NCBI RefSeq assembly: GCF_009914755.1
Contig: NC_060926.1
Reading direction: 5' to 3' (one strand)
From: the human T2T-CHM13v2.0 reference genome, Homo sapiens
DNA length: 64,000 nt
This document shows, piece by piece, positions 48,836-64,000 of the stretch. Made by a program: the position numbers and the translations under genes. The first letter of the stretch is position 1, and every line of letters begins with the position of its first letter. Under the pieces are notes generated by a model. The model was not told where the DNA came from, did not search any database, and saw nothing but the letters and a program-made list of their open reading frames with translations.

Positions 48836-50507
48836 AGTGCAGTGGCTCACACCTGTAATCCTGGGTCCGGAATTGGCGGGTTCTTGGTCCCACTGACTTC
48901 AAGAATGAAGCCGCGGAGCCTCACGGTGAGTGTTAACAGTTCTTAAAGGCAGCGTATACGGAATTTGTTCCTTCTGACTTTAGGATATGTTCGGAGTTTC
49001 TTCCTTCTGGTGGGTTCGTGGTCTTGCTGGCTTCAGGAGTGAAGCTGCAGACGTTCGAGGTGAGTGTTACAACTCTTAAGGTGGCACGTCTGGAGTTGTT
49101 CGTTCCACCCGGTGGATTCGTGGTCTCAACGGCTTCAGCAGTGAAGCTGCACACCTTTGCAGTGAGTGTTACAGCTCATAAAAGCAGCCTGAACCCAAAC
49201 GGCAAGCAGTAGCAAGATTTATTGCAAGAAGCGAAACAACAAACCTTCCACAACGTGGAAGACGACCACAGGGAGTAACCCCGCTGGCTCGGGCAGCCGG
49301 CATTTATTCTCTTATCTGGCCCCACCCACATCCTGCTGATTGGTCCATTATATAGAGAGCCGATTGGTCTGTTTTACAGAGAGCTGATTGGTCCATTTTG
49401 ACAGGGTGCTAATTGGTGTGTTTACAATCCCTGAGCTAGACACAAAAGTTCTCCACCTCCCCACTAGATTAGCTAGATACAGAGTGTGGATTGGTGTATT
49501 TACAAACCCTGAGCTAGACACAGGGTGCTGATTGGTGTGTTTACAAACCTTGAGCTAGATACAGAGTGCCGATTGGTGTATTTACAATCCCTCAGCTAGA
49601 GATAAAGGTTCTCCAAGTCCCCACTAGACTCAGGAGCCCAGCTGGCTTCACCCAGTGGATCTCACACTGGGGCCGCAGGTGGAGCTGCCTGCCAGTCCCG
49701 CGCTGCCATGGGCCCGCACTCCTCAGCTCTTGGGCGGTTGATGGGACGGGGCGCCCTGGAGCAGGGGGTGGCGCTTGGTCGGGGAGGCTCCTGCCCGGCA
49801 GGAGCCCACGGCACGCGGGGGTTGGGGGAGGCTCAGGCATGACGGGCTGCAGGTCCCCAGCCCTGCCCCGCGAGGAGGCAGCTAAGGCCGGCGAGAAATC
49901 GAGCGCAGCAGCTGCTGACCCAGGTGCTAAAGCCCGAACTGACCGGGGAGCCCCGCCGGCCGCGCCTAGTGCGGGGCCCGCCGAGCCCACGCCCACCCGG
50001 AGCTGGCGCTGGCCTGCAAGCACAGTGCGCAGCCCCGGTTGCCTCCCGCGCCTCTCCCTCCACACCTCCCCGCAAGCTGAGGGAGCCGGCTCCGGCCTTG
50101 GCCAGCCCAGAAAGGAGCTCCCACAGTGCAGCAGCGGGCTGAAGGGCTCCTCAAGCGCGGCCAGAGTGGGCGCCAAGGGCGAGGAGGCACCGAGAGCGAG
50201 CGAGAGCTGCCAGCAGGCTGTCACCTCTCAATCCCAGCACTTTGGGAGGCCGAGGCAAGTATGTCACTTGAGCTCAGGAGTTCAAGACTAGCCTGGCTAA
50301 CGTGGTGAAACCGCGTCTCTACTAAAAATACAAAAATTAGCCAGGCGTGGTGGTGCATGCCTGTAATCCCAGCTACTCGGGAAGGTTAGGAACAAGAATC
50401 GCTTGAACCCGGGAGGCAGAGGTTGCAGAGAGCCAAGATCACATCACTGCACTCCAGCCTGAGTGACAGAGTGAAACTGTGTCAATAAATAAATAAATAA
50501 ATAAATA
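48836..50507 (+). mobile_element. AluS split by LTR12C
   Basis: 'gcagtggctcacacctgtaatcc' (to 48861) continues as 'atcccagcactttggg' from 50231. Confidence 0.92.
48862..50230 (-). mobile_element. LTR12C (ERV9) solo LTR
   Basis: Reverse strand starts TGAGAGGTGACAGC, ends CCAATTCCGGACCCA; exact 4-bp TSD atcc; 7 CCAAT boxes; CpG-rich U3. Confidence 0.95.
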
Positions 50508-50858
50508 AAGCAGGATAAGACAGAGAAGGTTGGGGGCTCACAGATACATTATCACATGAGTAAAACCTGCAGGAAGTAAAGAAACAATCCAAGTAGATCT
50601 TCCAGGAGAAGGAACAGCTATTGCTAAAGCTCTGAGGCAAGAGCATTCCTATCCTGAAGAAAGAGGAAAGGAAAGGAAGAAGGAAGAGGGATGGAGGGAG
50701 GGAAGGCAGGCAGGAAGGAGAAAGGAAAATGGCTTGGGACTTGCAACAGGGGTGTGGCTTGTTTGCTTTCTTATAGGAGAGGGAGCACACAGATGGCCAG
50801 GTGCAGGAGCCAGGGCAAGCTCTTTTGGGCTCTGGCCTCACAGTAACGTTTAGGGGTG

Positions 50859-51425
50859 TGTTACAATTAATGCTCTTTTAGCCACTGCCATCCACAGACA
50901 GCTGAGTGTTTAAACCAGCTCAGTGGAGAGTTAGGGTGGCAGCCTTTTATGCCTTACACTTTTGGTACCAGAGCCCTTGTCCAGAATCAGGTCACACGGA
51001 CTTGAGGAATGGTGAATGTGGGGATTTTACTGAGTGGTGGAGGTGGCTCTAAGTGGGATGGATGGGGAGCTGGAAAGGGGATGGAATAGGAGAATGATCT
51101 TCCCCTGGAGTTCAGCCTTCCTACAGCCAATCTCCTCTTCGAGCATCCCCAGCTGAATTCCTCTCAGTGTTCAGATGCTCCTTCTATTCTCTCCTTCTCT
51201 GCTGCACCAGTCTGCCACTCTGCTGCTCTTCTGCTCCTCTGCTCATCTGCTCGTGGAGCCTAGGGTTTGGAGTTTATATGGGTATGGGATAGAGGGGCAT
51301 GGCAGGCCAAAAGGCAACAGTTGGGCACAAAAACAGGTATCCTGTTTTCATTTAGGGCCATGGGTTCAGGCTTGAGGTTGGAGCCCTCGCCAGGGACCCT
51401 GCCCTCCTGCCTCCTGTCTCTATCA
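50859..51425 (-). mobile_element. ERV1 solo LTR, LTR27/LTR28-like
   Basis: Reverse strand starts TGATAGAGACAGGAGGCAGG and ends ...TGTAACA. Confidence 0.7.
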
Positions 51426-51429
51426 AAAA

Positions 51430-52320
51430 GAAGCCAATATGGCAGACTTGAAGGAAGTTATAAGACATAGGACAGAGCGGGGCCGGGAGACACACATAGA
51501 GTGCCTTGTGGGCCATTGTAAGAACCTTGGCTTTTACTCTGAGACAGAAGTCACTGAAAAGTTTTAAACAGAGGCATGTTGCAATCCATCAGAGTTTCAT
51601 TTTAAAAGAATTTCTCTACCTGTTGGGTTGCGAAGAACCTTCAGTAGACTAGCACTAAGGTAGAGACCAGTGCAAAGCTACTACATTCATTCAGGAGAGA
51701 AAGAATAGCAGACTGCATCTGCATAGTAGAGGTGAAGGAGGAGAAAAATGGTTGCACTCTGGATGGATATATTTTGATGGTAGAGCCCACAAAATTAACT
51801 GATAGATTAAATGTGGGTTGTGAGGCAAGAATCAAAATGACACCATGGTTTATGACTCAAGCAATTGGAAGAATAAAATTTCCTTTTACTTAGATTGAAA
51901 AAACTGTAAGAGGAGCAGATTTGGGGCTGGAAGCAGTTGGGGGTGGGAGGGCATGGAGAGGAATACCAGGACCTGTTGATAGACACAAAAGTGGCACTGT
52001 CAGTAAGAGGTTGGATATATGAGTCTAGAGTTCAGGGGAGAGGGCTGGGCTGGAAATATAAATTTGGGAGCCGTCAGCATATAGAGTGTATTTAAAATCA
52101 TGGTATTGGATGAGGTCATCTAAGGAGTAAGTGTAATTAGAGAAAAGAAGAGCCCACAAAACATACCAATATTCAGAGGTCACAAAGAATGGAAAGAACC
52201 AGCAAAGAAGATTGAGAACAAAAAAACCAGGATCAATATAGGGTCAAGAGAGGTTTTGGGTTTTTTTTTTTTTTTTTATTGTTTTTGCTGTTTTTAAGGT
52301 AGGAGAAATTACAACTTGTT
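51430..52320 (-). mobile_element. L2 fragments
   Basis: 'ggatatatgagtctagagttcaggggagagggctgggctggaaatataaatttggga' reverse L2. Confidence 0.8.
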
Positions 52321-53149
52321 GATATATTTTCTTATTGCATTATAACACTTTTCAATTACAAAGTAGATTCAGATAAATTTAACTCTGTCCTCTTAGAATT
52401 CTCTAGATGTACCAAGGTGACCCATTTGTCTCATAGTATTCTATTTGCTTTTACATTTTGCTAATGAACTGCCTTACTGTAGTTCATAAAATAAACAACA
52501 TATATTCTACTAGCCTTTTCTAAATATTTTCATATCTTGCATGCGTTGGAATCATTAATAAAGACTTGAAAATTAAAAGTGTGCTCTGCATATGTGTGCG
52601 TGTGAGAGAGATATTTGAAAGCAAACTGGATATTACTTAAAGCCTAAAATTCATAATTCATTTTAGCCAAACTCCTAAAAAGAGAAATTGATCATGCAGA
52701 AAAATAGTTCACCCAGAAAGTAAGATTATTTCCTCTTGTATGTAATAATTTTTCTCCTTTAATCTCCCTGATCTTTCCAAATGAACACCCTCCAAAAATT
52801 AAATTTACTTTAGATATGCATAATTTCTAAGATTCTGATTCTAGTAATTTTTTGTGCAGATTTTACAAAGAATTCAATGAAATTTGTGAGTATGGATCAA
52901 CTGCAGAACAAGACTCTCTTAAAAGGCTAATAAGTTTTCAACTGGACAGAATTTTGTTTAGAGAAATATATTGAGCAATGTGAACTCCAAATGTGTGTTT
53001 TTCTCTCCTATACAAATAAATTATACAGAGATCTTGTGGGTTTGGTTCCAGACTACCCCAATAAAATGAATATTATAGTAAAGGGAGTCATACAATATTT
53101 TGGTTTCCCACTGTATATAAAATTTATGTTTACACTATACTGTAGTGTA

Positions 53150-53180
53150 TTTTTTTAAGCCAGTCAAATTTAGCAGTGGG
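53150..53180 (-). pseudogene. Y4 RNA 3'-fragment retrocopy
   Basis: Reverse complement CCCACTGCTAAATTTGACTGGCTT plus A7 equals the 3' terminus of hY4 RNA; it interrupts Tigger1. Confidence 0.8.
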
Positions 53181-54572
53181 ACTTCAGTTCTATTCGGAGT
53201 ACAAGAGCATTATGTATTTAAAAAAAAAAAGTAGAAACCTTAATTTTAAAATACATTATGGCTAAAAAATGCTAAGAAACATCTGAGCCTTCAGCAAGTC
53301 ATCATCTTTTGCTGGTGGAGTGTCTTGCCTTGATGTTGATGGCTGCTGACCGATCAACATGGTCAGCAGTGGTTGCTGAAGGTTGGGGTGGCTGTAAGAC
53401 AACCTAATCATAGTAAGACAATAATGAAGTTTGTCACATAGATTGATTCTTCCTTTCATGAAAGACTTCTCTGTAGCATGCGATGCTGTTTGACAGCATT
53501 TTAGTCTCAGTAGAATTTCTTTCAAAACTGGATTCAATCCTCTCAAACCCTGCTGCTGCTTTATCAATTAAGTTTATGGGTTATTCTAAATCCTTTGTCA
53601 TCATCTCAACAATGTTCACAACATCTTCACCAGGAATAGATTTTATCTCAAGAGACCACTTGCTTTGCTCATCCATAAGAAGCAGCTCTTGATTTGCTCA
53701 AGTTTTATCATGAGATTGCAACAATTCAGTCCCGTCTTCAGGCTCCACTTATAATTCTAGTTCTCTTGCTATTTCCACCACATCTACAGTTACTTCCTTC
53801 ACTGAATCTTGAAACCTTCGAAGTCATTCATGGGGATGGGAATCAACTTCTTCCAAACTCCTGTTAATGTTGATATTCTCCCGTTAATCACCAATGCTCT
53901 TAATCGCATCTAGAATGGTGAATCCTTCCCAGAAGGTTTTCAATATACTTTGCCCAGATCCATTAGAAGAGTCACCATCTATGGCAGCTATAGTCTTACA
54001 AAATGTATTTCTTCAAGAGTAAGACTTGAAAGTCGAAATTACTTCTTGATCCATGGGCTGCAGAATGAATGCATGAAAACAACATTTGTCGTCCTGCACA
54101 TCTCCATCAGACCTTTTGGGTGACCAGGTGCATTATCAATAAGCAGTAATATTTTGAAAGGAATCTTTTTTTCTGAGCAGTAGATCTCATCACTGGGCTT
54201 AAAATATTTAGTAAACCATGCTGTAAACAGAAGTGCTGTCATCCATTTATAGAGCACAGGCAGAGTTGATTTAGCATAATTCTTAAGGGGCTTAGAATTT
54301 TCAAAGTGACAAATGAGCATTGTCTTCAACTCAAAGTCACCAGCTGCAATAGACCCTAACAGGAAAGTTAGCCTATCCTTTGACACTTTGAAGACAGACA
54401 TTGACTCCTGTCTAGTTATGAAAGTCCCAGACACCATCTTCTTTCAACAGAAGGCTGTTCTGTCGCCATTGAAAATCTGTTGTTTAGTGTAGCCACTTCC
54501 ATTACTGATCTTAATTAGATCTTCTGGATAACTTAGTGCATCTTCTACTTTGGCACTTGCTGCTGCTTCACC

Positions 54573-54872
54573 TTTTTTTTTTTTTTTTTTTTTGAGACGG
54601 AGTCTTGCTCTGCAACCCAGGCTGGAGTGCATGGTGCACTCAGCTCACTGCAACCTCCATCTCCCAGGTTCAAGCGATTCTCCAGACTCAGCCTCCTGAG
54701 TAGCTGGGACTACAGGTGGCTGCCACCACATCCAGCTAATTTTTGTATTTTTAGTAGAGATGGGGTTTCACCATGTTGGCCAGGCTAGTCTCAAACTCCT
54801 GACCTCAGGTGATCTGCCCACCTCGGCCTCCCAAAGTGCTGCGATTACAGGTGTGAGCCACCGCACCCAGCC
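54573..54872 (-). mobile_element. AluS
   Basis: Reverse Alu in Tigger1. Confidence 0.95.
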
Positions 54873-55345
54873 TCATCTTGTACTTTTATGTTATGGAGAT
54901 GGTTTCTTTCCCTAAACCTCACGGACCAACCTCTACTAACTTCAAACATTTTTTTTCTCAGCTTCTTTACCTCTCTCAGCTTTCATAGAATTGAGGAGAG
55001 ACACTTGCTCTGGACTAGGCTTTGGCTTAAGAGAATGTTGTGGCTGATCTTCTGTCAAGACCACTAAAACTTTCTCCATGTCAGCAATAAGGCTATTTGA
55101 CTTTCTTATCGTTCATATGTTCACTGGAGTTTCACTTTTAATTTCCTTCAAGAACTTCTCCTTTGAATTTACAACTTGGCTAACTGTTTGGAGCAAGAAG
55201 TCTAGCTTTTGGCCTGTCTTGACTTTTGGCATGCCTTCCTCACCACCCTTAAACATTTCTAGCTTTTGATTTAAAGTCAAAGATGAATGACTCTTCCTTG
55301 TACTTGAACACTTAGAGGCCATCATAGGATTACTAACTGGCCTAA

Positions 55346-55683
<338 letters not shown>

Positions 55684-56270
55684 TATAACTGGTCTAATTT
55701 CAACATTGTTGTGTCACAGAGAATGAGGAGGCCTAAAGAGAGAGTGGAAGGAAAAGGCCAGTCAGTGGAGCAGTCAGAACACCTACAAGACTTATTGATT
55801 AAGCTTACCCTCATATATGGGTGTGGTTCCTGATGTACCAAAACAATTACAATAGTAACACAAAAGAGCACTGATCAAAGATCACTATAACAGATATAGT
55901 AATAATGAAAAAATTTGATGTATTGCAAGAATTACCAAAATTTGACATAGAAATGCAAAGTGAGCGTATACTGTTGGGAAAATGGTGCCTACTTCCTCCA
56001 CTGAATCTTGAAACCTTCAAAGTCATTCATGAGAGTTGGAATCCAACCTCCTCCTATCCAACCAAACTCCTGTTAATGTTGATGTTCTCCTGTGAATCAC
56101 TAACGCTCTAAATGGCATCTAGAATGGTGAATGCTTCCCAGAAGATTTTCAATATACTTTGCCAGAAGATTTTCAATATACTTTGCCTTGTATACTTTCA
56201 ATATACTTTGCCAATATACTCAGCTCAAGGTTGCCACAAACCTCCAATTTGTAAAAAATACAAGGCACAA

Positions 56271-56568
56271 GCCAGGCGCGGTGGCTCACGCCTGTAATCC
56301 CAGCACTTTGGGAGGCTGAGGCAGGTGGATCATCTGAGGTCAGGAGTTCGAGACTAGCCTGGCTAACATGGTGAAACACCGTGTCTACTAAAAATACAAA
56401 AATTAGCTGGGCCTGGTGGCACAGGCCTGTAATCCCAGCTGCTTGGGAGGCTGAGGCAGTAGAATCGCTTGAACCCAGGAGGTGGAGGTTACAGTAAGCC
56501 AAGATCAAACCACTACACTACAGCGTGGGTGACAGAGCAAGATTCCGTGTCAAACAGGAAAAAAAAAA
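56271..56568 (+). mobile_element. AluS
   Basis: Full Alu; TSD aaggcacaa. Confidence 0.95.
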
Positions 56569-56762
56569 GGCACAATAAAGTGAAATGAAATAAAATGAGG
56601 TATGCCTGTATGTGGAATAAATCGTGCCTGTGTGAGTTTTGCTTTGTTTGGTGTTTGGAACTTTTTTGTTTGGTCTGAGATATTATATTTACACACTGCT
56701 ATTCTGGGCCTATGGTCTCAAGAAAAATCATTGCAAACTTATTATTTACAAGTCATGATTTA

Positions 56763-57010
<248 letters not shown>

Positions 57011-57096
57011 TTTCTTCTGACTACTCACCCGAATGTTTGTAATAAAAGACAAATGAGTTTAAGGATATCTGAGTACAAATAATATATAAATCACAA

Positions 57097-57679
<583 letters not shown>

Positions 57680-59161
57680 CTAACTCCCAAATCTTGAGAC
57701 CTCATCAAGTGTCAGAAAGTAGACTACCAGGCATTCTGCATAGCCCAGAAAAGCCACTCACAGGACACTCTTGCCTAGAGTAGGCCTAAGAGGAGAATAA
57801 AACTTAACAAGAAAAATTCAATTAAATTTTTTCTTACAAGCTGAAATGCCTGAATAAGTTTCGGAATGTAAATGTTTCTTGACCTAAAACTCGTCCATCT
57901 CCCTGAGGTCTGCTGTTCTTGAAAATCATTAAGATAAAATAGTCATTCAATAGCTCTTCCTGGGATGAACCACAGCACTGTTAATATTACATCAATATCA
58001 ATGTTATGATAATTAGGTAGATGAATTATTACAAATATTGCCTACTATTTATAGATGAAGTTTTTTATGTATAGACATCAGTTAATTTATACATCTAAAT
58101 GTGGGAAAGAAATTATCTGATGTAAAAAAAATTAGGCATCAAGGCTTTTAAATTCAATTTCTAACCTACCACACACTGTGGCCTTGAGCAAATTACTTAA
58201 CCTCCTGGTGGCTTAATTTATACATCTACAGAAGGGTAAATTACCACCTATGCTATTTACAGAGAGGATGAGGATTTACTTAACATAGTAATTAGTAGAA
58301 TTCTATCATTTTGGTAAAATTCTAACTCAGCTGGAAATCTACACAGATTTAATTTATGGGAAATCTTAATACTGAAATAACTACTAATGTATTTTTTAAA
58401 GGAATTATCCAACTGTAAAATTGGCAAATGTTTCCCTTGGGCTAAACAAATGAATTTACTTTGTTGTAAACTCATCAGCTCACTGGATCAGACTATAGGA
58501 CTAGAGAGTTCAAGGCCATAGGCATAGTTTCCACATTGCTGAGATACACACACAAAAACTATCTCTGCTATGACCTCAGTTGTATCCCTAATCACATCTC
58601 AATCTACTGCTTTATAATACATGGCACAGGTCAGCAAGGAATCTGGTTTGGCCTAAGAATGAGGATGCTTCAGTAATTCCTCTATCAGCATTATTGAAAA
58701 AAGCGATGCAAAACCCAAATCTTACTAACTGTATAGGTCAGTAAGATCACCTTTGTTTCATTACTGAAATCTAAGCCTCAGAAACATAGAGGTTTTTGTC
58801 TGTTTCTTTATTACCACATCTCAACCTCCTAGAACAATGCCTGATATTTAGTAAGCAATAAACACCTATTTAATAAATCAATTACTCTCAATCAGGAATT
58901 TGGAGCTTTCTTTCCTTCCATTCTCAAAGGAATTACAGGATTTTCCAGAAGACGATCATTAAAAAGCCTATTTTTGGATTGTTAGGTTATATAATGCAGT
59001 AAAATTGACATACATATTCAAAATATTTACAAATAAACAACGTAAGGACAACCCAGAAGCATTTTTATTCATTATGACATTGACTTATAGGGTGCTACTT
59101 TTGACTGTTTGCCCAAAGCCTTCCCAATTTATACCTGTTGACCTAACATAATTATTAATAA

Positions 59162-59488
<327 letters not shown>

Positions 59489-59625
59489 CCAATAAAATGT
59501 ATGCTTAATCCTACCTACTAACCTAAATACACACCAGGAAATTCAGAACCTATTCCTTTTGCAAGTTGACTTTCTCTAAGAAAAGCAAAAAGAAAAAACC
59601 TTGACATGATCCATCAGAATGTCTA

Positions 59626-60007
<382 letters not shown>

Positions 60008-60266
60008 CTAAATTGTGCCCACTAATTAGCTGGGTAACTTTGGAAAAAAATGTTTAAATGGGTCTCACTTTACACACTGAGGAAGGCAGGATTTATTGAC
60101 CTAAACAAAAATCTTTAAGAGCCCTCTTGCTCTATTATTTTCTAATTCTTCAGTTTATCTATTGCATTTTCTCCTTTATTTTTATTATTTTTTGAAATAT
60201 GATTTTTGGCACATTGATTTAATTTTCTAGTGGTTAAATTATTTGAGACATCATTTAAATTCTTTA

Positions 60267-60595
<329 letters not shown>

Positions 60596-60908
60596 GATAT
60601 AAACTTTTGATTCTAATGCTTTATATAGCAAACATATGATTTAGAATAATTTAAATTATTACATTCAAAATATGTGTTTACTTCAAATATATTTTCAGAA
60701 ACCTTAAACAATAAAAGTAAATAAATAATGCTTTTTAGCCTCATCCATCTAAAAGCAGGTAGATGGGGAGATGACTCATGACCCAGAACCCCAAGATTCT
60801 CAGGTCATGGTCACCTTTTGCCACTCTCACCACCACCTCCAACAAAGCAGTGGAAAAGCCTATATGCTGACCTTGTGGTCCAAGGAGATTTAAAGTGTGG
60901 TGGGGCAT

Positions 60909-61982
60909 TGTGGGTTGAACAGTATCCCCAAAAAGATTTGCTCAAGTCTGAACCCCTAAAACCTACAAATGGGACCTTATTTGGAAACAAATAAGAGCCT
61001 CGGTGATATAATCAAGTTAAGATGAGGTTATACTGCATTAGAGTATATTTACGGAAAGAGGTATGAACATTCTGACAATCAGTATACACTACTGGTAGGA
61101 GTGTAAATTCGTTCAACCCTTGTGAAAAGCAGCATGGCAATTCCTCAAAGAGCTAAAAGCAGAACTACCATTCTACCCAGCAATCCCATATATATCCAGA
61201 AGAATATAAATCATTCTACCATAAAGACACACACATGCAAATGTTTATTGCAGCACTATTCACAATAGCAAAGATATAGAATCAACCCAAATGACCATCA
61301 ATGACAGATTGGATAAAGAGAATGTGATACTTATATACCAGGGAATACTATGCAGCTATAAAAAAAGAACAAGATCATGTCTTTTGCGGGAACATGGATG
61401 GAGCTGGAGACTATTATCCTTAGCAAACTAATGGAGGAACAGAAAACCAAATACAATATGTTCTCACTTATAAGTAGGAGCTAAATGATAAGAACTACGA
61501 ACACAAAGAAGGAAACAAAAGACACTGGGACCTACTTAAGTGGGGAGGGCATCAGGAGGGAAAGAAGCAGAAAAGGTAACTATTGGGTACTTGGCCTAAC
61601 ACTTGGATGATAAAATAATGCATACAACAAACTCCCATGACATTGGTTTACCTATGTAACAAACCTTCCCATGTACCCCACAAACCTAAAATTAAAAGTT
61701 TAAACAAGGGGAAAATTTAGACATACACAGAGACAGGGCCATTTGATGATGGAGACAGAGATTGGAGGGTTGCAGCTGCAAGCCAAGCAATGCCAAAAAT
61801 GTCAGCAAGCACCAGAAGCTAGGGGAGCGGCCCAGGTCAGTTTCTCCCTTAGGGCCTCCAAAAGGAACCAACCCTACCAACGCTGATTTTAGACTCCCAG
61901 CCTCCACAACCGTGAAACAAATACAGATGTTTAAGCAACCCAGTTTGTGGTGTCTTGTTACAGCAGCCCTAGGAAACTAAAA
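60909..61982 (+). mobile_element. MLT1B/C LTR split by an L1 3' fragment
   Basis: Start 'tgtgggttgaacagtatcccc...gaccttatttggaaa'; end 'ttgttacagcagccctaggaaactaa'. Confidence 0.82.
61080..61702 (+). mobile_element. L1PA13-16/L1PB 3' end
   Basis: 'aaatcattctaccataaagacac...gcagcactattcacaatagcaaaga...ctaaaattaaaagtt'. Confidence 0.88.
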
Positions 61983-62399
61983 CTGGGAGCATCAAAGCCA
62001 TTTCCTGCTCTATTGTGTCCTCGTCCCACAGATGAGCCTAGAAATGCCTGACTTGGCTATGTAAAAATACAGAGAACTTGCCACTTTCATGAGAGGCTGA
62101 CTGCTCATGAACTGTCACAGGACAGGTGCACTTCATCAGCCTCAGCTCATGCTTTACTCATGGTCTTTGTTGGTTCCTTTGAAAGCAGGATGTGGTTTGC
62201 CCCAGCTTCCCTCCTTCTTGGAACCAGCATGTAACGCATACTTGTTTTGAGAGTTTTTTTTTTATTATTATTACTATTGCAGAGAAACAGGGCTTTAAAA
62301 AGATTCAAAAGCATTTCAAAACTATGAAAATCTCCCAAATATATAAGTGGTATATGTGGGCTTTGCTGAGATGTCATTGCAGTTTGGCCTGTTTATTGT

Positions 62400-63770
62400 C
62401 ATCTGGTACCTGCTCCATAAGGATGACAGTTATTATTTGTAGAATCATTCCATGAGCCACTTCTAAAGATGCAGCTTTATTAGGCCACTGAAAATGGAAA
62501 GATGAGATACAGTCTCTGATCTCACAGAAATTACACTTCAGAAGGGACAGAAATATTTAAGCAAATCAGGGCAATAGGTGTTAAAAATTAAAAAGTGTAT
62601 GTGGCATATTGAGGTGGCATAAGTTAGGTATCATTAATAATTTCAAGAATAAAATGATCTTGAATTGAGATTTGGAAAATATAGATATTTGTCAAGTAGG
62701 CGAGGCGAGAAAGGGCATTCCAGCATGGGCAATGGTCCAGGTATGTACACACACATACACACTCACACACACATTGGCAAATTTGAGGGAACTGCAAGTA
62801 GTTTATTGTGGGTAGAGTAATATAAAATAGAATTGAAAGCAAGTTTTTTAAAATGAGCCTAAGGGAATACGATAGTAGCAAGAGAGAACTTTGTTCAGAA
62901 AATTATTGCATACGTTTCTATTTTTTTTTTCTTGTTTTTGAGACAGGGTCTCACTCAGTCGCCCAGGCTGGAGTGCAGTGGCAAGATCTCAGCTCACTGC
63001 AGCCTTGACCTCCCGAGCTCAAGCGTTCCTGCCACCTCAGCCTCCCAAGTAAGTTTCTGAGACTATAGGTGTGCGACACGAAGCCCAGCTAATTTTTTTT
63101 TTTTTTTTTTTTTTTTTTTGTAGAGACTGGGTTTTGCCATGTTGCTCAGGCTGGTTTTAAACTCCTGAGCTCAAGTGGTCTGCCCACCTCAGCCTCCCAA
63201 AGTGCTAGGATTACAGGTGTGAGCCACCATATCCAGCCAGGTTTCTATAGTTTTTTTTTAATAGGTAGCTTTCACATGTGACTCCATGCATCAGAGTAGG
63301 TAATTCAAAGAAGAGAACCTCATCAGTTAAGACTCACAATATCATAAGGTAAAAACTAATCCTTTGCTCAAAAGAATGAGAAAAATATTTACTATAATCC
63401 CAAAGTGTAGTTGTGGTGGCAGAAGGGAAGAAGAGAAAGGAACAGAAATGAAACAAAAATGATCAGGAGGTAGAGTACACTGGACAAAATAACTGTAGGA
63501 TGGCTCCCAGTTTTCTTGCATTGGTGACAAGGAGAATGGAGACACTGTAAGCTAAAGGCAAGAAAGACAGTGAGTTCAGTTGTGGGAATATCAACTGTTT
63601 AATACCCTATGGGGAAATACTAGTAAAGTTGTCCAGTGAGCATCAGGGATGACGAACTCAGATGACAGGCATGATTGGAATTAGAGATATCAAATGAGCT
63701 TATAGTTAGAAGTTGAAGCTAAAAAAAAAAAATGGATAAGCTCAGTCAAATGGGCTTGTAGACTAAGAAA
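62400..63770 (-). mobile_element. L2 fragments, split by an Alu
   Basis: 'agggcattccagcatgggcaa', 'gtgagttcagttgtgggaatat...gttgtccagt' reverse L2-like. Confidence 0.6.
62921..63238 (-). mobile_element. AluJ
   Basis: Reverse Alu with expanded T linker. Confidence 0.92.
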
Positions 63771-63771
63771 A

Positions 63772-63978
63772 GAAGGTATGTAATGATTAAGAGCATAGGC
63801 TCTGGAGCCAAAATGCTAGCGTCTGGATCATAGCTCCATTACTAGCTAGCCATGTGATCTTAGGCAAATTAACTTCTCTGTTTCAGTTCCTGCAATTATG
63901 AGGTTGTGAAAATTAACTGAGTTATTTTATGTAATGTACTTAGAAGTGTGCCTGACCCATAGTAAATATTCAATAATC
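63772..63978 (+). mobile_element. MIR
   Basis: 'gattaagagcataggctctggagcca...tgtgatcttaggcaaatt...cttagaagtgtgcctgacccatagtaa'. Confidence 0.85.
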
Positions 63979-64000
63979 TGTGAAGAGAGAAAATGGGGAC

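Overview
Primate genomic DNA, most likely human or great ape (AluY/AluS/AluJ, L1PA3, LTR12C). It is repeat-dense and intergenic or intronic. I recognise no intact cellular protein-coding gene: every long ORF in the track derives from Alu, L1, LTR12 or Tigger1, or is a chance ORF. The main landmarks are a full-length but inactivated L1PA3 (25363-31459) that retains the 129-bp ZNF93-bound 5'UTR segment, and two solo LTR12C elements (17857-19332 +, 48862-50230 -) facing each other across it. Also present are a near-full-length, rearranged Tigger1 (about 53025-56608 -), solo LTR8/MER34/LTR27/MER4/MLT LTRs, a U6 retrocopy, a tiny Y4 RNA 3'-fragment retrocopy and about 35 Alus. Several unique-sequence stretches carry splice-site-like boundaries on both strands and could be exons of non-coding transcripts driven by the LTR12C or L1 antisense promoters; this is inference, not observation. 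I do not find firm evidence of a new biological system. The most testable ideas are the convergent TE-promoter and candidate-exon architecture and several local DNA-repair or retroposition scars. Subfamily calls come from remembered consensus sequences, and the boundaries of old repeats are approximate.
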